From: Octopus sinensis
Lineage: Eukaryota
Direction of reading: 5' to 3'
Assembly (NCBI RefSeq): GCF_006345805.1
Contig: NC_043002.1
Location: 113,522,001-113,586,000 of the forward strand
Length of the DNA stretch: 64,000 bases
In this document: piece by piece, positions 27,530 through 39,091 of the stretch
How positions within the stretch are numbered: the stretch's first letter is position 1
How the letters are laid out: each line of letters begins with the position of its first letter
Position numbers and translations under genes: made by a program
The notes under the pieces: generated by a model
The model's input: the letters and a program-made list of their open reading frames with translations, nothing else
What the model was told of the DNA's origin: nothing
Databases searched by the model: none

Positions 27530-27574
27530 CATACGCACGCACACACACACACACACATATATATATATGTATTT

Positions 27575-27789
27575 ACTCTTTACTTGTTTCAGTCATTTGA
27601 CAGCGGACATGCTGGAGCACCGCCTTTTAGTCGAGCAAATCGACCCCAGGACTTTTTCTGTGTAAGCCTAGTACTTATTCTATCGGTCTCTTTACGGGGA
27701 CGTAAACACACCAGTATCGGTTGTCAAGCGATATTAGGGGGACAAACACAGACACACAAACATATACACACACACACACACACACACAT

Positions 27790-27830
<41 letters not shown>

Positions 27831-27968
27831 TACATATATACATATATACGACGAGCTTCTTTCAATTTACGTCTACCAAATCCACTCACAAGGTGCCACA
27901 CAGTGAAACTGAACCCGGAACCATGTGGTTCGTAAGCAAGCTACTTACCACACAGCCACTCCTACGCC
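27575..27968 (-). mobile_element. SINE family B
   Basis: Reverse complement of the family B sequence with internal (CA)n(TA)n. Confidence 0.88.
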
Positions 27969-27970
27969 TA

Positions 27971-28008
<38 letters not shown>

Positions 28009-28013
28009 TATAT

Positions 28014-28133
28014 TGGCCTGCTCGCTCTAGCCAGCGGGGTGGGGTGGCGTCATTTGAAGGCTAAAGCAATGCGAACGCATTGTGATCAGCAATGTGTAGC
28101 GACATCTGATGGTCTGGTCGGTCCGTGACGTGA
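28014..28133. mobile_element. Short GC-rich interspersed fragment between (TA)n tracts
   Basis: ccagcggggtggggtggcgtcatttgaaggc..ggtcggtccgtgacgtga flanked by (TA)n on both sides; family not assigned. Confidence 0.4.
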
Positions 28134-28187
28134 TATATATATATATATATAATATATATATATTATATATATATATATATATATATG

Positions 28188-28416
28188 TTGGTAAAACGGT
28201 AAGATAACAAAAGAAAGAAAGAGACCTCAATATTATGTAAATAGAGGAAATTTATCTATACAACAATATGTTACATTACTCAATAGTCAAGATATTTTTT
28301 CATAGCGTTTTCAAATAGCTAGATAACCGAAGAGATGGTGTTGTGGATTTCCACTTCGGCATCTGAAACTCAGAGTTTTATCTTGACTATTGAGTAATGT
28401 AACATATTATTGTATA
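28188..28416 (+). mobile_element. Penelope-like fold-back fragment, family P1
   Basis: 37-bp inverted repeat 28257..28293 / 28380..28416; flanked by (TA)n; homologous to 63470..63774; contains a hammerhead-like motif. Confidence 0.7.
28321..28383 (+). ncRNA. Type I hammerhead-like ribozyme motif (U4C core variant)
   Basis: Stem I agataa/ttatct; core CCGAAGA; stem II gatg/catc plus one extra U; GAAA; stem III ctc-a-gag; GUU site. Folded by hand only. Confidence 0.55.
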
Positions 28417-28418
28417 TA

Positions 28419-28468
<50 letters not shown>

Positions 28469-28481
28469 TATATATATATAT

Positions 28482-29662
28482 ATGTAGAAAAATACAAACT
28501 GGGACAAGAACGTAAAACATTTAGAAGACGATACATAAAACACGGACGAGACATTCGAAGCCTTCAATCTTCAGTCAGAAACCGGATCATCCTAGCAATT
28601 TCGGCTGATTAATCTTGAGATCGCTCCGATCCGGCCAGCCCCAAGGAAAAACTAAGCTACGAGCATTAGATTTCTTGGAAAAAGGCTCGAATGTATACGA
28701 AACAGGGACAGAAAGACGGACGATGCCACACGAATTTAAAATACAACAAAACAATGATGGTAAAAACAGGACAAAAACAGCGGGTGTCTTACGACTAATA
28801 AACAGTACAACAAGTTTAGCTGGCGTATTTGGAAAAAATGCCTTTATCGGCAGACGAAAACAACGATGTTCTCACGGCAGTGGTCGGAGGCCAAAAAGGC
28901 TGATTTGACCAGCGGTCACGTGAGAGAAGAGAGAGAAAAGAAAGGAGGCAAAAGAAACAAAGAGAGAGAGAAAAAGAGGGACGAAGGCAACAAAGGGGGA
29001 GAGAAGAGAGAGAAAGAAGGAATTAAAGAAGGGAGAAGAAAGAGTGCGTGCCAAGGATTGGCTAGTGAGTGCAAAGTGAGAAAGACAGAGAAATGTGAGA
29101 GAGTGGGGGGAAGAGTAGACCAAAGAATCAGAGTCAAGAAAAGAGAAAAGGAGGAGAAGTAGAAAGAGAGAGAGAGAAGGGGACAGATCAGAGTAGAGTG
29201 CAAAGTGTGAAAGGCAGAGAAATGTAGGAGAGAGAGAGAGAGACAGTGCGTAGAGTCGTACCAAATTTACAGGAATATGTACTTACATAAGGCCAACGAG
29301 GGTACGGACGCCACTATATATATTATATGTAGAAAAATACAAACTGGGACAAGAACGTAAAACATTTAGAAGATATTCGTGTGGCATCGTCCGTCCGTTT
29401 TTCTGTCCCTGTTTCGTATATATTCGATCCTTTTTCCAAGAAATCTAATGCTCGTAGCTTAGTTTTTCCTTGGGGCTGGCCGGATCGGAGCGATCTCAAG
29501 ATTAATCAGCCGAAATTGCTAGGATGATCCGGTTCTTGACTGAAGATTGAAGGCTTCGAATGTCCCGTCCGTGTTTTTTGTATCGTCTTCTAAATGTTTT
29601 ACGTTCTTTGTATTTTTCTACATATAATATATATAGCGGCGTCCGTACCCTCGTTGGCCTTA
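28482..29662. mobile_element. Penelope-like composite with nested inverted repeats, family P5
   Basis: 28482..28735 is the reverse complement of 29375..29623; 29288..29373 is the reverse complement of 29586..29662; GA-rich spacer 28920..29250; (TA)n flanks. Confidence 0.65.
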
Positions 29663-29686
29663 TATATATATATATATATATATATA

Positions 29687-29740
<54 letters not shown>

Positions 29741-30391
29741 TGAGATATATACATTAATGAGATGAAAGATGTAAAAATTTTTTTAAATGATATTGATGGG
29801 AGAAGACAAAAAACCCCGATGATTTTTGCTTCTCTAATACATTATCCTTTTTTAAAAAAACAAAATGAGGTATTAAACCTATTCCTTTAGTTTATTACAA
29901 ATTTTCTTTTTTGTCTTTAAAAAGAGCACACAAAAATGAGGCAATAAACCTCTTACCCAGATTGAGACACCAAGTCTCTTCAATCATCCCCTATCAATTT
30001 TCTTGCCGCCTGCAGGCAATCCCTCAGCCTCAAGTCGGGTCGCCAAAAGATATAATTGTAATCTTCCTTCGAACAGGACTCCACTATTCGGAGGAACTCC
30101 CTGTCTTTTACCACCTGCGACGGCCAATGCTGCTGATCATGCAGGCCGGGTCCATCAGGTCCTGACACGAACACAACTCTCAACAAATTTGTCAACAACC
30201 CCTACCCTAAGATAGAATAACACATATTCTTTACTTTCACTGCGAGGGACCACAGCTTCCTCTGTCGGTGGCACGATTCCCAACAAAGAGGCATTGGGAC
30301 ATGCCGGCAGTACACTGCACACCTCCGGCACTGTCTATTTCTTTTTTTTTTCTTTTTCTTTTTATCTTTGGTGCGGCTATCTATCTAACTA

Positions 30392-30442
<51 letters not shown>

Positions 30443-30502
30443 TAAAAACAGTAAGATAACAAAAGAAAGAAAGAGACCTCAATACTATGTAAATAGAGGA
30501 AA

Positions 30503-30897
30503 TCTTTATATATAAAAGTGAGGTTGTGTGTCTGTCTCCTACGATTTACATTCCTAACTACTCCCACATTTTGCGGTGCAGTTTAACCAAAACCGGGCAT
30601 CTTATAGTCGTGATTCATATCGAGACCGTCTGGGTATTAGCGCGCGTCTACGATGAGTCTACGATTTTAAAAAAAATTTACCATCAATTTTTCCCATTTT
30701 TAATCCATTTTTGACATATATAAGGGAAGTAACTCTCTAAAATTTATTTCTAAATCTCAGAACGTAAAAACCTACAGTAACACCCCTCCCCCTTTGTGGT
30801 TAGCCATATTGAGATGGCTATTATACTTTACATCTCTAAAAATGCTTATATAATTATTTCCCTTACAAACCCGAGCAACGCCGGGCGATACTGCTAG
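30503..30897 (+). mobile_element. Helitron family H-A
   Basis: A|TC start, cccgagcaacgccggg hairpin, CTAG|T end. Confidence 0.9.
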
Positions 30898-30909
30898 TAT
30901 ATATATATA

Positions 30910-31225
30910 TCTCTTATTATAAAAGGCAGATTTTATCTGCCTCCCTTTGGGAGTTATACAAATCTACAATATAGGATTTCTTCAATTACAATTTACCTAG
31001 CATTTTTAAGAGTACAATGCATCGCGTCATGCCAGGTCCAGTTTTTAAAATTTAAACTCCAATTAAGCAAAATTTACAGAAAACTCACATTCTGGTGTGT
31101 GTGTCAAATGCTTTTCTTAGTCTGGTTTACACCACACGCAAACGCACACACACAGTGGGCAACGAATAAAATGAAAGTAAATAGCGACAGAGTGATTTGA
31201 GGAAGACTAAACTGAAAGTATTCTG
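30910..31225 (+). mobile_element. Helitron-like family H-B, 5' part
   Basis: Near-identical to 13095..13410. Confidence 0.55.
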
Positions 31226-31408
31226 TCTATGACGCTGATAGATACATGAGTAAAATGTATGGGAAGCTAAGAGCTAAGAGTGAGTGAAAATGATCTTGGA
31301 AGAGAGTAAATAGCGAGAGAGAGAGTGATTTGAGGAAGACTTTACATTAAATAACCGTAGTGGCTTGTGTTAGTAATAAAGTAAACATACACTCATACAT
31401 ACATACAT

Positions 31409-31443
<35 letters not shown>

Positions 31444-31719
31444 TACATACACACATACATACATACATACATATACATACATACATACATACATATACAT
31501 ACATACATACACACACACACATACACACACACAGTATTGAAGCTTGAGAACAATCAGATACATTTGCAACACATCTGTTGAAAATATTATTGTTCACACA
31601 CATACATATACATATATACATACAGACAGACAGACACACACACACACAGACATGATCCAGCATGGCCACAACCTCAAGGCTGAAACATATAAAAGAATAA
31701 CAGAATGTGTGCAAAGTGT

Positions 31720-32080
31720 GCAAATGTGTGCAAAGTACAAGAAATATTAATGCAGTATATGGGGATTGGACAATAAGCGTAAGGCAGTGTCAATGGTGGT
31801 TCCAGAAATCCCGAGCCATAAACTACAGCCTAGAAGACGAGCCTCATCCTGAAAGATCTGTAGAACTCGACAAGGACATCCTGAAAACCCTGGTGGAACA
31901 AAATCTCATCGTAACTGTTGAGGAACTAGCAGAGAAGGTTGGATTTGGTCATTCAACCGTTCATTGAGACCTGTGTGCTATCGGAAAAGTCAGCAAATTG
32001 GGTCAATGGGTTCCTCACGAACTTTCCCAGTCTAATTGCATGCAGAGAGTGAATGTATGCTTTTCTTTGCTGTCACATCT
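31720..32080 (+). mobile_element. Mariner transposase N-terminal fragment
   Basis: ..ISVRQCQWWFQKSRAINYSLEDEPHPERS..TVEELAEKVGFGHSTVH*..IGKVSKLGQWVPHEL; truncated near the Helitron at 32103. Confidence 0.88.
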
Positions 32081-32102
32081 CACTACTACTACGCTATGTA
32101 TA

Positions 32103-32736
32103 TCTATATATATAAAACTGTAGTTGTGTGAGTGTCTGTCCCCTTCGATTTAGATTCCTAACTACTCCCACATTTTGCGGTGCAGTTTAACCAAATTCGG
32201 GTAGCTTATAGTCGTGATTCATATCGAGCCCGTCTGAATATTAGCGCGCGTCTACGATGAGTCTACGATTTTAAAAATAATTTAACATCATTTTTTATTC
32301 CATTTTAATGCATAATTTTTCGTGTGTCGATGGCGGCGGAGTTGGCGTCCACGCTCACACCTGCACCTGTGGGGAAGGGAGTGTAAGGAAATCAACGTCG
32401 TAATGCGTTGTCAAGGAGACCAGTGTTCTTTTAGAACAACGACTTCATGGCTTGAAGACACCAAAACAGAAATGGCTAAGAAAGCGTCTACATGAGTCTA
32501 CGATTTAAAAAAAAATTTACCATCGTTTTTTTTCCATTTTAATGCATTTTTTCACTATTATATAAGGGAAGTTACTCTCTAAAAATGTCTACGATGAGTC
32601 AACGATTTTTTAAAAAATTTACCATCATATTTTTTCCATTTTAATGCATTTTTTGCTATTTTTGGCTATAACTCTCTAAAAATGCTTATATAGTTATTTC
32701 CCTTACAAACCGAGCAACGCCGGGCGATACTGCTAG
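32103..32736 (+). mobile_element. Helitron family H-A, long variant with an extra internal segment of about 165 bp
   Basis: TC start, hairpin plus CTAG end; extra segment 32320..32485 between repeated gtctacgatgagtctacgatt subunits. Confidence 0.88.
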
Positions 32737-33005
32737 TCTTATTATAAAAGGCAGATTTTATCTGCCTCCCTTTGGGAGTTATAGAAATCTACAATATAGG
32801 ATTTCTTCAATTACAATTTACCTAGCATTTTTAAGAGTACAATGCATCGCGTCATGCCAGGTCCAGCTTTTAAAATTTAAACTCCAATTAAGCAAAATTT
32901 ACAGAAAACTCACATTCTGGTGTGTGTGTCAAATGCTTTTCTTAGTCTGGTTTACACCACACGCAAACGCACACACACAGTGGGCAACGAATAAAATGAA
33001 AGTAA
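32737..33005 (+). mobile_element. Helitron-like family H-B, 5' part, directly abutting H-A
   Basis: CTAG|TCTTATTATAAAAGGCAG junction. Confidence 0.55.
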
Positions 33006-33249
33006 TTCCCTTACTGTAGTGAGTGATTCTTTCACTCTGCCTCCCACTTCCTCTTTCCACACATAGACACGCAAATATATAAATAAAATTGTAAGCTAAC
33101 GTGCGTGTGTGTGAGTGTGTGTGTGTGTGTGTGTGTGCGTGTGTGTGTGTGAGGGTGCGTGTGTGTGTGTGTGTGCGTGTGCGTGAGTGTGTGACAGGAA
33201 AGTTTTTTACGACGAATATAACACCTATATCCAAGTAGCAGAAAGATAA

Positions 33250-33415
33250 GACAGTAAGGTGTGATTTGAGGGAGATTTGGCTGCTATTTCTACCATGTTA
33301 CCAGGTCTAGCTACCATGTAGAGGTCCCCCTCATTGGCTCATATATACATACATAAGACAGTAAGGTGTGATTTGAGGGAGATTTGGCTGCTGTTTCTAC
33401 CAGGTCTGTTAGGCC
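33250..33415 (+). repeat. Two tandem copies of a short dispersed repeat (gatttgagggagatttggctgctatttcta)
   Basis: Related degenerate copies near 7890, 20895, 44695 and 46475. Confidence 0.6.
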
Positions 33416-33489
33416 TTCTCATGTAAACTCAAGCTTTCTCATGCCTTGAACATAAGACCAAAGCAGAGAATGTATTCTTTTATTCTTCT

Positions 33490-33710
33490 GCTTTTTCCAG
33501 CCATTGGTCTGTGGCCATGCTGGGGCAATGCCTTGAAGAATTGTAGTTTAATGAATCAACTCCAGTTTTATTTTTGTAAGCATTGTACTTATTCTATCTG
33601 TTTCCTTTGTCAAACCACTAGGTGACAGGGATGTAAATAAACCAACATTCGTTGTCAAGCAGTGGTGGAGGACAATCACAAGCACAGACACGCACACACA
33701 CACACATACA
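33490..33710 (-). mobile_element. SINE family B, 3' half
   Basis: gtggccatgctggggc..gttgtcaagc..; its internal microsatellite leads into fold-back P2. Confidence 0.75.
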
Positions 33711-33772
33711 TGCATACACATATACACACACACATACATACATACATATATATATATGTGTGTATATATATA

Positions 33773-34095
33773 TTGCAGCGTGGAAGGTGTTTGTAAGCCA
33801 TTTAAGAAACACACAAAAACCGTTACATTCACTTCAACATTTAAATTAATTTGCCAAAATATTTTCGTCGCTTTCAGACCGCGACCTGTTCACTGACAAA
33901 AATATCGTGCTAACAGGTCGCGGTCTCAAAGCGACGAAAATATTTTGACAAATTAAATTTAAATGTTGAAGTGAATCTAACGGTTTTTGTGTGTTTCTTA
34001 AATGGCTTATAAACACCTTCAACGCTGCAACTGTTTTCGTTCCAGCACACGATCTCAGATCTAGTCACTTGCTATGCAAGTACATCTCTGTAACT
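33773..34095. mobile_element. Penelope-like fold-back element, family P2
   Basis: Arms of about 118 bp, 33773..33890 / 33912..34030; (TA)n flanks; hammerhead-like motif. Confidence 0.75.
33850..33900 (-). ncRNA. Type I minimal hammerhead-like ribozyme with G3:C8 swap
   Basis: Minus strand: tttgtca GUGAACA g gtcgc-ggtctgaaa-gcgac GAAA atat UU tggcaaa. Stem I 7 bp, stem II 5 bp, self-complementary AAUAUU stem III. Confidence 0.6.
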
Positions 34096-34192
34096 ATATA
34101 TATATTTATATTTATATATATATGTATATTGGTAAAAACAGTAAGATAACAAAAGAAAGAAAGAGACCTCAATATTATGTAAATAGAGGAAA

Positions 34193-34585
34193 TCTTTATA
34201 TATAAAAGTGAGGTTGTGTGTCTGTCTCCTACGATTTACATTCCTAACTACTCCCACATTTTGCGGTGCAGTTTAACCAAAACCGGGCATCTTATAGTCG
34301 TGATTCATATCGAGACCGTCTGGGTATTAGCGCGCGTCTACGATGAGTCTACGATTTAAAAAAAATTTACCATCAATTTTTCCCATTTTTAATCCATTTT
34401 TGACATATATAAGGAGGTAACTCTCTAAAATTTATTATTAAATCTCAGAACGTAAAAAGCTACAGTAACACCCCTCCCCCTTTGTGGTTAGCCATATTGA
34501 GATGGCTATTATACTTTACATCTCTAAAAATGCTTATATAATTATTTCCCTTACCGACCCGAGCAACGCCGGGCGATACTGCTAG
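34193..34585 (+). mobile_element. Helitron family H-A
   Basis: A|TC start, hairpin, CTAG|T end; nearly identical to 30503..30897. Confidence 0.9.
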
Positions 34586-34967
34586 TATATATATATAAAG
34601 GTGAGTGAGTAAGTGAGAGAAAGGGTAAGAGATAGAGAGAGTCACAAATAGATGTGTTGAAAAGGCTTTGATTATTCTGTTACATGAACCAGACTCCGTT
34701 TCATCACCCATGTCCCTTAATTACTCATGTTCACGATGATAACGTCTAGTTTATTTCTACAAGATTAAAAAAAGAGTACTGTAAATTACGTTTCGATAAC
34801 TTTGCAGTTGAAGTTATACTATTCTTCTACAGTTAAAAGATGGATTCATTTGATTAGAAAAATAAAAGAAGTAGCTTTGTTCGCCGTAATGAGGTAAACC
34901 ACATAATTAATCAAGCTCTAGTCAAAGTAAATATTCCCTTAATTCTAAGGTCAATTGAATTGTCCAG

Positions 34968-35150
34968 GAACATTGGGTAGCGACACGATGGATTCGCTCT
35001 TTCCTTGGGGTTAGAGGCAAGTATCTCATCCGAGACACCACGGATAGCGACTCTTTTACTCTATCACACATACGTAATGCTGCAATGGAGGCAAGGTTTA
35101 CCACATCTGTAGCTGAATGGAATAAGACACTAAAATACTGCAATTGGCCG
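34968..35150 (+). CDS. Candidate phase-0 coding exon of 183 nt, product unknown
   Basis: gtccag acceptor, 61 open codons EHWVATRWIRSFLGVRGKYL..WNKTLKYCNWP, ccg|gtatat donor. Weak polypyrimidine tract, and the opposite strand is also open. Confidence 0.15.
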
Positions 35151-35224
35151 GTATATCACATTTTTCATTCTGAGACTTTTGAGATGGAAATAACTGGAAA
35201 TAACTGCTCATCGACATTTCTTTT

Positions 35225-35375
35225 GTATCTATACGTTCTTAGTTCAAATTCCGTCGAGGTCGACTTTGCCTTTCATCTTGTTGATATCGATAGAATAAAG
35301 TTCCAATCAAGTACTGGTGTCGAGAGTATCGACTTAAACCTTCCTCTTAAATTTGCTGGCCTTGTGTTTAATTTA
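35225..35375 (+). mobile_element. SINE family A, partial
   Basis: agttcaaattccgtcgaggtcgactttgcctttcatc core. Confidence 0.75.
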
Positions 35376-36292
35376 AGCAGTGTCTATTTGTGACCACATA
35401 AACATCTAAAAGTATTATCGGAAACATAGTACCAAGCCATCTTCGGTTGCGAGCTACGAACATAGTTTGTTTTCAGCTGTATTACATGCTCCGCTTTTTA
35501 AACAAATAATTTAAATTCAAGTATCTAGATAAAGCTACACCTAGAAGATTGTTTCTTTCGGATCCTGACCATGTCTTAAGTCTACAGAACCAATCATTAT
35601 TTACACGGGCAGCCTTCACTTTTTCTACTCAAAGGGTTTACAGTTTTAATTGCTTCGAGGTTCACAATTCCAAAACAGAATTATTTCACATTCTCTTGAA
35701 AGTTTCTAAATTGTTGAGACGTCAACAACTTACGATTCTCACTGGTAAAAATAAAGTTTCTAAAATGGGTAGAGAAATTTAAAGGAGTGCTTTGTCCAAT
35801 GGTAGAATGCCTGTTATGTTTACATAAGGGATTTTAACCCAAAATTTACATACTATTATCTATAGCTTTGTTTGCTTCAAGATTCACAGTTCCATATGTG
35901 AAAATTAAACTAGCTCATTCTATTAATTACCGCTGTTTCACTGAAAAGGCGATAATACTATTTCTTAAAATAGGTACAAGACCACAACATTTTATGGATG
36001 AAAAGAGATGTCTTTATATCGACTCCTGTACTTCACTGATAAATATTTGTTTTATGGATTCCAAAGGAAAGATAAAAGACTACATGAACCTTGGCAGAAT
36101 TTGAACTCAGAATATGAAGGGATAGCTCTCTAGTTCTTTTACTATTGTGGCTAAGATCATGCTGGAACGCCGCCTTCAGGACGTAACTAAATACAGAAAA
36201 ACATTCTGAAAGTTTACCAATACTGACATTCAACACCTGCTGTTGTTGTTGTTTTTGTTGTTTCTTGTATAATAATAATAATAATAATAATA

Positions 36293-36329
<37 letters not shown>

Positions 36330-36537
36330 CCTTTCTACAAATTGTGAAATTGTGGGGGTCGATTGTGGAGGTGAAATTGCAAGTCGATTACATCGACCTT
36401 AGTGCATAACTGGTACTTATTTCATCGACTCCAAAAGAACGAAAGGCTAAGCCGACCTTGGCGGAATTTGAACACAGAACGTAAAAATGCCGCTAAGCCT
36501 TTCGCCCGGCATGCTAACGATTCTACCAGCTCACCGC

Positions 36538-36579
<42 letters not shown>

Positions 36580-37160
36580 CCTTTCTACCATAGGCACAAG
36601 GCCTGAAATTTGATGGGAGGGGACTAGTTGATTACATCTACTCCAATGCTTCACTGGTGCCTAATTTATCGACCCCGAAAGGATGAAAAGCAAAGTTGAC
36701 CTCGGTGGTATTTAAACTCCGAACGTAGCGACGGACAAAATACCTATTTCTTTATTACCCACAAGGGGCTAAACATAGAGGGGACAAACATGGACAGACG
36801 TAGGTATTAAGTCGATTACATTGACCCCAGTGCGTAACTGGTACTTAATTTATCGACCCCGAAAGGATGAAAAGCAAAGTTGACCTCGGTGGTATTTAAA
36901 CTCCGAACGTAGCGACGGACAAAATACCTATTTCTTTATTACCCACAAGGGGCTAAACATAGAGGGGACAAACATGGACAGACATAGGTATTAAGTCGAT
37001 TACATTGACCCCAGTGCGTAACTGGTACTTAATTTATCGACCCCGAAAGGATGAAAGGCAAAGTCGACCTCGGCGGAACTTGAACTCAGAACGTAACGGC
37101 AGACGAAATACCGCTAAGCATTTCGTCCAAAATGCTAACGATTCTGCCAGATTGCAGCTC
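36330..37160 (-). mobile_element. Head-to-tail array of SINE family A units with (AAT)n tails, including a 184-bp near-perfect tandem duplication
   Basis: Units start at 36662, 36846 and 37030; the first two differ by one visible substitution. Confidence 0.9.
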
Positions 37161-37668
37161 TAATAACAATAATAATAATAATAACAACAACAGCAACAAC
37201 AACAACAATAATAATAATAATAATAATGAGGAGGAGGAGGAGGAGGAAACCAACAACAACAACAACTACATCATGGAGAATATTACATAATGTATTTGAA
37301 AATAAAACCAGAGGGAAAAAACCTAGGAGCAAGTTTAAAAACTCCTCAAATGTCTATGGACGATGAAGTATTCGTCTGTTATCAGCTAAAACAATAAGAG
37401 CAACGTTTGACAGAAAACGTAGAACAAATGCTACCTCAGCACATTTGATACAGTGAAGAAAGATTCACTGGAATTTTTCGAGAGAGATAAGAAGAGAGAG
37501 TATCGTGGTCCACTTTTATATGTTGTTATGTGTTTGGGATACATCGGTGAACAATAAATAGTGTTATGAGCTAATAGTTAAGAGTGCGTCGGGCCGAGAG
37601 GGGAATGCCTCACAGGTGATGTGCTCCTCTGAAATGCTAAACAGATGAAACCCATGTTAAATATGTTG

Positions 37669-37669
<1 letters not shown>

Positions 37670-37752
<83 letters not shown>

Positions 37753-37762
37753 TTCTCTCTCT
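37670..37762. repeat. (CT)n microsatellite
   Basis: Directly visible. Confidence 0.95.
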
Positions 37763-38140
37763 CCCTACACTCTTGCTCTCCACATTGAGTAAACTAATCT
37801 ACATACGAACAGCGTGGTTAGAACAACCAGACAAACATCTTAGGAATCTTTTTTTCGTTGTTACTTCTGCCTCATGTTACTCTGTACACGCTCAGATACA
37901 ATACACACGTGTGTGCATGTGTGTGTGTGTGTGTGCGTACGCGTATGTGTGAATGTGTATGTGCCTATGAGTATGTGTAGATGCGTACCCTCAGAAGACG
38001 TTTATATAAACAGATAAAATATATTGAGACGAGGACAAGAAGAGAAATACAACATGCAAAAATAAATATGTATAAAGAAAAAGATGGCTGTTAATATTTT
38101 CTCTCTCTCTCTTTCTCTCTCACACACACACACACACACA

Positions 38141-38372
38141 TACCTATTTCTTTACTACCCACAAGGGGCTGAACATAGAGGGGACAAACAAGGACAGACA
38201 AGGGGATTAAGTCGATTATATCGACCCCAGTGCGTAATTGGTACTTAATTTATCGACCGCGAAAGGATGAAAGGCAAAGTCGACCTCGGCGGAATTTGAA
38301 CTCAGAACGTAACGGCAGACGAAATACCGCAAAGCATTTCGCCCGGCGTGCTAACGATTCTGCCAGCTCGCC
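38141..38372 (-). mobile_element. SINE family A (long agccccttgtggg tail), followed by (TG)n to 38540
   Basis: Reverse complement of the full family A sequence. Confidence 0.92.
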
Positions 38373-38383
38373 ACATACCGATG

Positions 38384-38433
<50 letters not shown>

Positions 38434-38458
38434 GTGTGTGTGTGTGGTGTGTGCGTGC

Positions 38459-38505
<47 letters not shown>

Positions 38506-38664
38506 GTGTGTGTGTGTGTGTGTGCGTGTGTGTGTGTGTGATATGGTGATTGTTGTTACAGGGCATGCACTTGCTACAGTGGTGAATCTATTCCGCTCGC
38601 ATTAATTATTGCTTAAAATAAACATACAATCCTTTCAAGATATTTCTGAGCATAAAACGGATTG

Positions 38665-39091
38665 GGATCTTTTCGGTTTGAACGGCAGTTTTTTCTAGCG
38701 GTGTCATATGAAATTGTCACCCATAATTATGACCCTAGTATTGATCTATTGCATTTCAATCTGTTTTAAGGTTAGGGTTAGTTAGGGTTAGGGTTAGGGG
38801 TGGGGGGAAAGGTATCTTTTTTTCTTCAGAAATGTAAATAAACCGAATCTGTTTCTTAAGCGAGGGACATATTCATACGGCACAGAATGTTTTCACCTCA
38901 ATAGACGTCACTGATTGGTTGAAATTGCAGAAATTGAAGAAAAAAAGACAATAAATATCTTACAAACTATAGAATTTTCTGAATAAAACCAAGAGAAAAA
39001 GATAAACACATTCTACCAGTATACGAAGTTTAAAAGTGTTTAGTTACGTGGAAATTATTTTTAAAAACTGCCGTTCAAACCGAAAAGATCC
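38665..39091. mobile_element. Complete MITE with 29-bp TIRs, 8-bp TSD and internal TTAGGG run
   Basis: TIR ggatcttttcggtttgaacggcagttttt at both ends; TSD acggattg at 38657..38664 and 39092..39099. Confidence 0.9.

Noticed and set aside
29536-29570. CTGAAGA..CGAAT in family P5 as a hammerhead
   Set aside because: GAAA is replaced by GAAT in both copies, and I could not form stems I and III.
36662-37030. Regularly spaced repeats as a CRISPR array
   Set aside because: The units are whole duplicated SINE segments with no unique spacers, in eukaryotic context.
38770-38810. True telomere or chromosome fusion site
   Set aside because: Only a few TTAGGG units, enclosed in a MITE with TIRs and TSD.
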